IMG/VR virus record: IMGVR_UViG_3300033145_000528
Span: 1 to 52,485 of that record
Source: a virus
Taxonomy: Duplodnaviria > Caudoviricetes
DNA: 52,485 nt
Direction: 5' to 3' (one strand)
How positions within the stretch are numbered: the stretch's first letter is position 1; each line of letters starts with the position of its first letter. This document shows, piece by piece, positions 45,317 through 52,485 of this stretch. A model generated the notes under the pieces. The model saw only the letters and a list, made by a program, of their open reading frames with translations. It was not told where the DNA came from and did no database searches. The position numbers and the translations under genes are program-made.

Positions 45317-45800
45317 TGTGATCCACGACATGGATAAGGAATTACTCAAGACTGGTGATAAGGAAATTGATGGGGCTACTAAGATGCAGTTCGAGAAGGG
45401 GTATTTGTGGGAAGTGGCATTGTCAAGGGCGTTTGCGGAAAAAGAAGTACCTATTTATAGGGTTCCTGAAATCAAATTGGATGGGATAGCAATGAGTCCT
45501 GATGGGGTACAAACAATTTTTGACTATTCGCATGAGAAGGTAGTCGAGGAGTATAAATGTACTTCCGCATCTTCGAGTAAGTCCCCAGCCGATAATTGGA
45601 AGTGGATTATGCAGGTGAAAGGGTATTGTAAGGCAGTCGGAGCGCTCAAATGTATTTTCCGTGTTTTCCATATTAGGGATTTCGTACCTGTGTATAACGT
45701 ATGGGAATTAGTGTTTACGCAAGCAGAATTGGATGAGAATTGGGAGGCAATATTAAATCATGCTAAAACAATGGAGAAGGGAATGGGGCATACATTGTGA
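45234..45800 (+). CDS. Cas4-like PD-(D/E)XK exonuclease
   Basis: GLHLS, G..WE, SPDG, EEYKCT, W..Q...YC. Confidence 0.8.
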   Translation: MRIRKLKEEFPWTTEQTEKRSPGLHLSDVIHDMDKELLKTGDKEIDGATKMQFEKGYLWEVALSRAFAEKEVPIYRVPEIKLDGIAMSPDGVQTIFDYSHEKVVEEYKCTSASSSKSPADNWKWIMQVKGYCKAVGALKCIFRVFHIRDFVPVYNVWELVFTQAELDENWEAILNHAKTMEKGMGHTL

Positions 45801-46053
45801 ATGTTTTACTGAACCCGACTTATATATCTGTATTAAAATAAAACAATCACTTTGGGGTGCTATCAGGGGTAAGTCAAGCATTATACTTGGTTGGAAAACA
45901 ACCGTGGAAGAAAGGGAATGTTCCATTAATAATTTTTATTCCGGTGATGATATTGTTTTGGGATATGAGGTACAAGCACTTAAAGAGCCCAAAACAGACA
46001 TTATTCCAAATGAAAGACCTGATTTAGTTTCACAAGAAGTAGCTAAAAACTAA
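45760..46053 (+). CDS. Hypothetical protein between direct repeats
   Basis: 97-aa ORF bracketed by 18-bp repeats; start uncertain. Confidence 0.45.
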   Translation: MLKQWRREWGIHCECFTEPDLYICIKIKQSLWGAIRGKSSIILGWKTTVEERECSINNFYSGDDIVLGYEVQALKEPKTDIIPNERPDLVSQEVAKN

Positions 46054-46109
46054 TCTCCGCCAAAAAGGCGGTATTGAATCATGCTAAAACAATGAAAGGG
46101 GAATAAGCT

Positions 46110-46253
46110 ATGAAATTATTTAGGGATATAATCGTAATTGCTGCTACGCTTGCTATAGTCATCGACCATATAAAGGGTGTGACGTCTTTTGAAATAGTGA
46201 TGATTATGCTCATGCTCGTATTTATTTATAATATACTATTGGGGAGGGGATAA
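46110..46253 (+). CDS. Small membrane protein (47 aa)
   Basis: Two hydrophobic segments; RBS AAGGGG. Confidence 0.5.
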   Translation: MKLFRDIIVIAATLAIVIDHIKGVTSFEIVMIMLMLVFIYNILLGRG

Positions 46254-46256
46254 ACC

Positions 46257-46955
46257 ATGGAAACAGAAGCAATTCAGGCGTACGAAAGCAAGGGTATTAA
46301 ACTGTTAGATAGTGCAAAAGACATCGTAATTATTAACCAATCGACGAGGGAATATGCGGTCGAATTTACTGCTGGGGCAAGACGTGCTATTAAGGCCATC
46401 GAAGACGAATTCCGACCAGACATCGACAAAGCTCATACACTTCACAAGGATTTATTGGCTCGGCTGAAAAAACTGACATCACCATTCAAAGAAGCAAAGG
46501 CTATTGTAGATGCGGAAATCAGCCGTGATTATATGGAGCAGGAGCAAATGCGGCGTGAAAAAGAGCGTCAAGCACGGGTAAAAGCGGACGCCGAACGTAA
46601 AAGGCAGGAAGATGCTCTCACTAAACAAGCCGAAGAAGCCATCAAAGAAGGCGATGTGGAGACCGCAGAGGCATTAGTGGACTCAAAGGTCATTACAGCG
46701 CCCATTGTGCCCGTAGCAAAGGTAGAACAGACCATAAGAACAACAGCAGGACAGGCTACGGTGAGGAAAGATATTAAAGTGGAGTTAGTGAATAAAAAAG
46801 CGGTTATCGAAGCCGTGGCTAATGGTGCATTTCCATCCACATTCTTGACTGTGGATATGGGTGTGGTGAAGCGGTATGCCAAGACAGCCGGGCTTACATT
46901 CATGCAGGGATTCCACATAACTGAGACAGCAATCGTATCAGGGAGGGCAAAGTAA
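46257..46955 (+). CDS. Coiled-coil protein of the recombination module
   Basis: Long charged helix and C-terminal GF.I.E; context. Confidence 0.6.
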   Translation: METEAIQAYESKGIKLLDSAKDIVIINQSTREYAVEFTAGARRAIKAIEDEFRPDIDKAHTLHKDLLARLKKLTSPFKEAKAIVDAEISRDYMEQEQMRREKERQARVKADAERKRQEDALTKQAEEAIKEGDVETAEALVDSKVITAPIVPVAKVEQTIRTTAGQATVRKDIKVELVNKKAVIEAVANGAFPSTFLTVDMGVVKRYAKTAGLTFMQGFHITETAIVSGRAK

Positions 46956-47245
46956 TGGGTATGCAAAAGACAATTAAGCTGAATATGCACACTACTGAGG
47001 ACTTATGGCCATATCAGGTAGTGGATGAGATACAAAAGGTGATGGAAGAAGGGGTGAAGAAGTATCCAAAAGATGAGGGATGGGCGGTTTCAGTATATGA
47101 GCATTTGGAAAGGGCGCATGACCACCTTGCTTTAGCTCGTGAGTCACGTGAGTGCCGTGTTTTTGAATCCGAAGACCATCTTGCTCATGCCTTCACCCGC
47201 TTAATGATGGCTATAGCAATCGAAAGGGGGTATATTGATGCCTAA
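46955..47245 (+). CDS. dATP/dGTP diphosphohydrolase-like protein (DUF5664)
   Basis: VM..G.KKY....W, H.ERA..HL, ES..HLAHA..RLMM. Confidence 0.7.
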   Translation: MGMQKTIKLNMHTTEDLWPYQVVDEIQKVMEEGVKKYPKDEGWAVSVYEHLERAHDHLALARESRECRVFESEDHLAHAFTRLMMAIAIERGYIDA

Positions 47246-47987
47246 AGGATTTGAGAAGATAGACTCGGGTGCTATGCCCCCACATAGATTGATTATGCGC
47301 GTGGGTGGTTTGGATAAAAGTGGTAAGACACATTTTGGGCTGACTGCGCCTGGGCCGATATCTGTTATTAACGCCGATAGGGGGCTGGAAGGTGTGGTCG
47401 AGCAATTTGCCTCTTCTAAAGAAATACATGTTACACCCAGTTTTCGGGATATGCCATCAGAGACAGAAGAACAACAAGAGAAACGCTGGGAAGAGGTATA
47501 TAATTGTTATTGGTCGGCATTGGAGGATAATGAAATAAGAAGTATTGTAATTGATACTGATAGCGAATTGTGGGATATGGCGCGGTTGGCTTTGCTTGGA
47601 CGATTGGAAAAAGTCCCACCGCTCAGATACACACAGCTCAATCGTACATTCCGGGAGATGATTGATGCTGCTTTTACACATGATAAAAACGTCATATCTA
47701 TTTGTAAGTATAGGAAACAATACGTGTCGACTACGGACAGTAATGACCTTGGTCACTGGAATGGTCTTTATGAGCCAAGCGGGTTTAGTGATATGCCTTA
47801 TATTGTGCAGATGAACCTGAGAACACAAATGACCATGACTGACGATGGACCAGTACCTACTATCACGGTTGTTAATTGCCGGCAGAATATGCAGATGAAT
47901 GGGGAAGTGTTCGAAGGGGATGAGGCACGTTTCTCATGGGTAGCAGCAAACGTTATCGAGGGCACGAGCCCAGAGGACTGGGAATGA
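47235..47987 (+). CDS. AAA_24 / Sak4-like ATPase
   Basis: Walker A GLDKSGKTH, D.G, SIVIDT Walker B. Confidence 0.75.
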   Translation: MMPKGFEKIDSGAMPPHRLIMRVGGLDKSGKTHFGLTAPGPISVINADRGLEGVVEQFASSKEIHVTPSFRDMPSETEEQQEKRWEEVYNCYWSALEDNEIRSIVIDTDSELWDMARLALLGRLEKVPPLRYTQLNRTFREMIDAAFTHDKNVISICKYRKQYVSTTDSNDLGHWNGLYEPSGFSDMPYIVQMNLRTQMTMTDDGPVPTITVVNCRQNMQMNGEVFEGDEARFSWVAANVIEGTSPEDWE

Positions 47988-48026
47988 GGATGTTTAATAA
48001 GATGATGCGGGAATAGGAGAAAAGTA

Positions 48027-48740
48027 ATGATATATATTGATAATCGCACTGGTAGTAAAGAACTCCTACCTCTATTCCCGCCTGGCAATGCTGAACTTAC
48101 ACATTTGGAATATGCCGACTTCATGTTTACAGGGCATTCTGACATCGGGAACATTGTGATAGGTATAGAACGCAAAACCATCGGGGATTTTGTGAACTCC
48201 ATGTGCAGTGGACGTCTTAGTGGGCATCAACTTATCGGCATGTTAAACTGCTACCATTACCTCTACCTCGTCATTGAGGGTATATTCAGGGCTAACCCAC
48301 GAAATGGTATATTGGAGGTGTATAGGTATGGCGGATGGCAGGAATATACTGCGGGCAAGCGGCGATTCATGGCGAGGGATATTTGGTTGTTTATGAATAC
48401 GCTCCAGGTAATATGTGGGGTGCATTGTTATCATTGTCCTCGTGAAACTGATACTGCCCACTATATCATGGCGTTACATCATTGGTGGCAGAAGGAATAT
48501 AGGGAGCACAAAGGGCATCTACAACCACATACTGGGACTACGGTGGAGTTGAGTAGGCAATCATTGGTGAGACGGGTAGCAAGTCAACTGGATGGTATAG
48601 GATGGGGGAAAGCAAAGGCAATAGATCAGAAATTCGGAACTGTGGAAGAGTTGGTGATGGCGGATGAGGAAGAATTAATGGAGATAGGGGGTATAGGGAA
48701 GAAATTGGCACACGGGATAATTGCACAACTGAGGAGCTAA
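48027..48740 (+). CDS. ERCC4 (XPF/Mus81-like) nuclease with HhH tail; probable resolvase
   Basis: IDNR, YADF, IERKT.GDF..S..SGRL..Q, LVIEG; GIG.GKA and GIGKKLA HhH motifs. Confidence 0.88.
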   Translation: MIYIDNRTGSKELLPLFPPGNAELTHLEYADFMFTGHSDIGNIVIGIERKTIGDFVNSMCSGRLSGHQLIGMLNCYHYLYLVIEGIFRANPRNGILEVYRYGGWQEYTAGKRRFMARDIWLFMNTLQVICGVHCYHCPRETDTAHYIMALHHWWQKEYREHKGHLQPHTGTTVELSRQSLVRRVASQLDGIGWGKAKAIDQKFGTVEELVMADEEELMEIGGIGKKLAHGIIAQLRS

Positions 48741-48741
48741 A

Positions 48742-48888
48742 ATGATTGAAACAGGTATATTGTTTATTTATGCATCCATATGTATCATATCAGCATCAAT
48801 AGGCTGTTGTATGGGTGCTGCGTTTGGGTTTGCGGTAGGTAGATATGTTAAAGAAATTATATTTATCTCAAACAGGGGAACAAAATAG
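48742..48888 (+). CDS. Small membrane protein (48 aa)
   Basis: Hydrophobic helix; RBS GAGGAG. Confidence 0.5.
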   Translation: MIETGILFIYASICIISASIGCCMGAAFGFAVGRYVKEIIFISNRGTK

Positions 48889-48898
48889 AGGAAAACAG

Positions 48899-49627
48899 AT
48901 GAAAACCTACAATCTCCGTAAAGGTGAGCAGTTACAAGATGAGGGCTTGTGGTGTGTGCCGTTGAAGGAGCAACCGCCAGAATACAAATGGGATATAGAT
49001 GCTATAGGATGGTGTTATACAGATATTCCACTCCAATATCCAGTCGGCGAGATTGTTGGGATTAAGGAAAAGAAAATAAAGTGGATAAAACATATTGTTG
49101 GGGAGGGTAGTCGCAATCACGTTTTATATTATGACACTTATGGAGCGCATTGTAAAGAACCAAACTGTGAATATAATAAGCCACAAAACGCTATCCGCAA
49201 ACAGGCTAAAATAGTGGATAACACAGTTAAACAAGTGCAAAAGCTAACAATTAAGGAAGTATGTAAGATATTAGATTTTGAGTTTAGAGAAGAGTTTAAT
49301 GACCCTACTTACTTTGATACTTTTGCGTTAGTAAAAAGATTTATTGCTCAGTTTAACTCTAAGTATGCCAAGCCACGACCACACTATGAGTATGGTGTTC
49401 AAGGTATTGTGAGTGGAAAATTAGCAAAAAGGAAAGGAAGATATAAGAACAAGAAGATTGTTAGGTATGAGTGTTGGTGCTGGGATAAGCAGGCAATATT
49501 TGATTTGGCTAACAGAAACGATGATTATTTGCTTTATACTGATAGTAGGTGGAAATACAAAGGTTTGCCTCTTAAAGTCCACTATAATCCGTATGTAGAA
49601 TTGCCAAAATATGCGAGGGTGAAATGA
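48899..49627 (+). CDS. Hypothetical protein (ASCH-like fragments)
   Basis: YPVGEIVGIKE, VQ.LT..E, F...FNSKY, NPYV patterns; RBS GAGG before ATG 48899. Confidence 0.5.
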   Translation: MKTYNLRKGEQLQDEGLWCVPLKEQPPEYKWDIDAIGWCYTDIPLQYPVGEIVGIKEKKIKWIKHIVGEGSRNHVLYYDTYGAHCKEPNCEYNKPQNAIRKQAKIVDNTVKQVQKLTIKEVCKILDFEFREEFNDPTYFDTFALVKRFIAQFNSKYAKPRPHYEYGVQGIVSGKLAKRKGRYKNKKIVRYECWCWDKQAIFDLANRNDDYLLYTDSRWKYKGLPLKVHYNPYVELPKYARVK

Positions 49628-49845
49628 TATTTAGAAATAAAACAAAGCATATGATTTTGGAAACATATCCAAAAGAGAATAAAATTGAAATTCGTTACCC
49701 TGATGCTTCTTACAGTTTTAAACTGGTAGCCAAATGCAGACCTGATGCTTATGTGTTTCCTATCACAGAGAAATTTCTTATTAAAAAGCTTGAACAGTTT
49801 CTTAACGGATTGTCAGAAAATAAAGGATATGATGACAAAGACTGA
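49624..49845 (+). CDS. Hypothetical protein
   Basis: ATGA coupling. Confidence 0.5.
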   Translation: MIFRNKTKHMILETYPKENKIEIRYPDASYSFKLVAKCRPDAYVFPITEKFLIKKLEQFLNGLSENKGYDDKD

Positions 49846-49851
49846 AATGAT

Positions 49852-49988
49852 GCGGGCTGTGGCGGAATGGTAGACGCAATTTGGGCTAATGATGGAGTGC
49901 GACTATCTGGTGCATTATGGAAAGTCAATGAGCCAAGGTTTGAGTCCTTATAGTCTCTGTCGTACAGGTTCGACTCCTGTCAGCTCGC
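49852..49988 (+). ncRNA. tRNA-like RNA with an enlarged central region
   Basis: Acceptor GCGGGCTG/CAGCTCGC, D-arm GCG-GAATGGTAGA-CGC, T-arm ACAGG-TTCGACT-CCTGT; about 85 nt between the D and T arms; no clear anticodon and no CCA. Confidence 0.75.
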
Positions 49989-50148
49989 ATAAATGGAATG
50001 GCAATTTCATGATACAAAGGAGTGAAGGTTTACTATCAGGTAATAGATTTGGTCAAAGATGCGAATGTGTAGATTGTGGAGCAACAGTAACTCACATATA
50101 CAAGTTGACTTATGAGCAGTCTGTATTTTAAAAAAAAGGGAGAATGGG

Positions 50149-50694
50149 ATGAAAGATGATGTTGTTGAATTAATAAGTGAAACGTATTGCGATGCTGGTT
50201 ATGTTGTAAGGGATGAGATAAAACGAAGTCATTTTGAGGACATGAAGGTAATTCCAATATCAATTAGTAATAAGGAGACTAAAGAATTTGCGGATAAACT
50301 TTCAAAAGGATTAGATGTCCAAGAGGGGCATACAATTCAAATAGTCTCTGCGTACACAGTTGGTGGTGATTATATAGGCTCTGTCAAAACAGCAAAGTTT
50401 CTATGTGAGAAGCTTGGTATACATCCTGAATTAGCAAAGCCTTCTGATTGTGTCTGCTCAATTGGGTTTTCTCGAAAAGATGGTAAATGGTATGGCTGGA
50501 GTCATCGAGCTATTTACGGTTTTAAGGTTGGCGATAAAGTTAAGAAAGGCGATTGTTGTGCCTCCTCAGGTTGGACGGATGAATATTTACACGAACATCC
50601 TGAAGAAGATTTATCATTGCCAGTTGGGTTTGTTGCAAAAAGCATATTTGATGCAAAGAGGATGGCTATTGCTTTTGCTGAATCTGTTAGTTAG
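50149..50694 (+). CDS. Hypothetical phage protein
   Basis: SIGFS....KWYGWSHRAIYGF..G..DAKRMA.AFAESVS. Confidence 0.75.
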   Translation: MKDDVVELISETYCDAGYVVRDEIKRSHFEDMKVIPISISNKETKEFADKLSKGLDVQEGHTIQIVSAYTVGGDYIGSVKTAKFLCEKLGIHPELAKPSDCVCSIGFSRKDGKWYGWSHRAIYGFKVGDKVKKGDCCASSGWTDEYLHEHPEEDLSLPVGFVAKSIFDAKRMAIAFAESVS

Positions 50695-50712
50695 ATAAAT
50701 TAAGGAGAAATT

Positions 50713-50934
50713 ATGAAACTTAATGAAATGACGATTGAGAAATTGCTTGAAGTTGTGGAAATGTGCCAATATGAGCCGCAAGGAACTTTAGCTAAGCAAC
50801 AAATTCTATCCAGATTTCACGAACAGCAGGAAGAATTGATTCTAAATTTAACAAGCTGCATACCCCCCAAACTAAAAAGGAAAACGGTTGAAAAGATGAT
50901 TGAATATTATAAAAGGAGCAATCATGAAACTTAA
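50713..50934 (+). CDS. Hypothetical protein
   Basis: RBS AAGGAG. Confidence 0.55.
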   Translation: MKLNEMTIEKLLEVVEMCQYEPQGTLAKQQILSRFHEQQEELILNLTSCIPPKLKRKTVEKMIEYYKRSNHET

Positions 50935-51061
50935 AATAATCACCATCTTGTTAATCCTCATATCGTCCGCAATTGTGATTTGGACTGGTTGGTTTGTGAT
51001 TAAAAAAGCAAACGACATATTCTGGCGACAATACTGGGAGGAGTATAGACCAAATGGATAA
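50924..51061 (+). CDS. Small membrane protein (45 aa)
   Basis: MKLKIITILLILISSAIVIWTGWF; RBS AAGGAG. Confidence 0.55.
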   Translation: MKLKIITILLILISSAIVIWTGWFVIKKANDIFWRQYWEEYRPNG

Positions 51062-51422
51062 AGGATTTTATCAGGTAAGACTCGTGCATCCACATGCTTT
51101 ATTTGTGATTCGTGTACGTGGTAATATGGTTGTTGAGGCAGATCCAATTGGTAAGTGGATGGTTGGAAAGAGCTTTATGTATGTAGGAGAATGGATTGCC
51201 AAGAAACACGGGGATTTGATGAAAATTAGAGAAACGGATAAGGAGAATGTTCATATTAGGGTGGGGCAATCAGAGTATGATGCTCTTTGTTTTTGTGAAA
51301 AGGCATGTAGGGAGTTTGTGCGTAAAGTAGAATGTGGTAAGGCTCGGAGTAGGAAAAGTTACAAAGAAATGAAAGAGGCACTCGCATTTCTTGATAGTGC
51401 AAGGCGTTTGGAGGTAGAATAA
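51054..51422 (+). CDS. Hypothetical protein
   Basis: V.EA.PI.KWM.GK and FV.KVE.G.ARS.KSY.EMK segments. Confidence 0.6.
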   Translation: MDKGFYQVRLVHPHALFVIRVRGNMVVEADPIGKWMVGKSFMYVGEWIAKKHGDLMKIRETDKENVHIRVGQSEYDALCFCEKACREFVRKVECGKARSRKSYKEMKEALAFLDSARRLEVE

Positions 51423-51492
51423 TGATTAGGAGTGTGTTTAAGAGAAGCTGCTCCAAGAACCGAAAGATTTAATGAAAATGGGGGGAGGCATT

Positions 51493-52071
51493 ATGAGACC
51501 TTGCAAAGAACATGACGAAGTTGGTTGCCCCATGACCCGTATCAATCGTGTAAATGGTGAGGGACCGATACCGTGCCATATTATGCTTATTGGGGAAGCG
51601 CCTGGCAAGAATGAGGATAAGAAAGGGAAGCCGTTTGTTGGGAAGTCTGGTAGCGAACTTACGCATCTGTATCTTGGCAGATGTGCGAGAATTAATAGGA
51701 GCAATGTATTCATCACTAATCTCGTGCGCTGTAGAACAAATGACAAGGATAGAGACCCTACGGAGAAAGAAATTAAAGCGTGTAGCCAATTGTTACTTGC
51801 TGAGTTGGCAACTATAAAGCCACGTTTTATTGGACTGATAGGACGCATATCAACTCGATGGATGTTGGGCAATGATATACGAATGGAAAAGGTACACGGA
51901 TTTGGCTATAGTAATCTCATTTTTCCTTATTGCGATGCTCTTGTCATGCCCCTCTACCATCCAGCCTATGGTCTGCACAATACGGCTATGATGAGGCATA
52001 TTATGGAAGATTGGACGAGGTTTGGGAAGATGGTTAGGGGGGACAAGAGTGTAATATGGAAACCAAAGTAG
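51493..52071 (+). CDS. Uracil-DNA glycosylase, family 4
   Basis: V.GEG, MLIGEAPG.NED..G.PFVG.SG, FITN.VRCR...RDP...EI.AC, LYHPAY. Confidence 0.92.
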   Translation: MRPCKEHDEVGCPMTRINRVNGEGPIPCHIMLIGEAPGKNEDKKGKPFVGKSGSELTHLYLGRCARINRSNVFITNLVRCRTNDKDRDPTEKEIKACSQLLLAELATIKPRFIGLIGRISTRWMLGNDIRMEKVHGFGYSNLIFPYCDALVMPLYHPAYGLHNTAMMRHIMEDWTRFGKMVRGDKSVIWKPK

Positions 52072-52115
52072 TACATTGTAAGAAAGAACTCTCAGAAAAT
52101 AAATATGTTTTATGA
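52056..52115 (+). pseudogene. Stub duplicating the 5' end of the DUF4326 gene
   Basis: METKVVHCKKELSENKYVL* versus MKTTVVHCKKAPF at 136. Confidence 0.8.
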
Positions 52116-52124
52116 AAGGAGTGA

Positions 52125-52316
52125 ATGATGAATACTGAAGCAGATTTATTAAATGCAATTAAAGAAATTCATTATGAACTGGCAGCATTACTTCCTGATC
52201 CATCTAATCCAGATTGGATGTCATTATTAACAAATGGTAATTCTGCTGATGCAAAGTGTTTACAAAATGTTTGGGATATTACAGAGAATATTTTGAAAGG
52301 GATGGATGATGATTAA
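52125..52316 (+). CDS. Hypothetical protein
   Basis: RBS AAGGAG. Confidence 0.55.
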   Translation: MMNTEADLLNAIKEIHYELAALLPDPSNPDWMSLLTNGNSADAKCLQNVWDITENILKGMDDD

Positions 52317-52485
52317 AGCAGTCGGAAAACAAATAATTTGTGATTTAGACGGGCAGAGAGATACTATTGATATTATTGAGGGGTATATAGAAAATGAAGA
52401 AACGTGGAAAGCTATGCGTCAAACTCGGGGCTTTGTAACAATACTATTGAAGGTACTTTCTGAACTCGAGATGTGTCATGAAGTT
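52309..52485 (+). CDS. Hypothetical protein spanning the circular junction (stop at 127-129)
   Basis: MIKAVGKQIICDLDGQRDTIDIIEGY...ELKG*, continuous across the terminal repeat. Confidence 0.6.
   Translation, partial: MIKAVGKQIICDLDGQRDTIDIIEGYIENEETWKAMRQTRGFVTILLKVLSELEMCHEV
52372..52485. repeat. Terminal direct repeat, copy 2
   Basis: Identical to bases 1-114. Confidence 0.95.

Noticed and set aside
45234-45800. CRISPR-associated Cas4
   Set aside because: Stand-alone PD-(D/E)XK nucleases are common in phage replication modules; no other cas genes are present.
46955-47245. 2-aminoadenine (Z-base) genome pathway
   Set aside because: A diphosphohydrolase-like gene is present, but no PurZ-like synthetase is recognisable.
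49889-50131. 80-aa ORF as given in the track
   Set aside because: Its first third overlaps the tRNA-like element and has no RBS; only the 3' zinc-ribbon part looks coding.
734-52158. Minus-strand ORFs in the supplied track
   Set aside because: Nearly all are antisense shadows of well-supported plus-strand genes and show no recognisable motifs.

Overview
The window looks like a complete, circularly assembled genome of a long-tailed dsDNA phage (siphovirus-type tail module) of about 52,371 bp: bases 52372-52485 repeat bases 1-114. Every credible gene is on the + strand. Gene order: DNA metabolism (DUF4326, family A polymerase in two ORFs, phosphoesterase); packaging (TerS, intein-containing TerL, DNA methylase); head genes; a six-gene glycosylation cluster (glycosyltransferases, methyltransferase, LicD, cytidylyltransferase) right after the major capsid gene; neck and tail genes (frameshifted chaperone, tape measure, M/L/K/J-like tip); lysis; a control region with a dif-like XerCD site; an array of small early genes; and replication/recombination genes (SF3 helicase, Cas4-like nuclease, Sak4-like ATPase, ERCC4 nuclease, UDG). 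I found no integrase, repressor, primase or RNA polymerase. The most unusual signals are: (1) the polymerase is cut just before motif A, and the gap holds two tandem gene cassettes with homologous boundaries and a synonymously diverged motif-A stub, a pattern that recurs at three other sites; (2) a virion-linked glycosylation cluster with LicD and a CDP-polyol synthase; (3) a tail-fiber-like S74 chaperone protein with both a signal peptide and a C-terminal membrane anchor; (4) a dif-like site in a phage with no integrase; (5) a tRNA-like RNA with a second tRNA-like fold nested inside it. All calls come from reading motifs by eye; no database searches were run.
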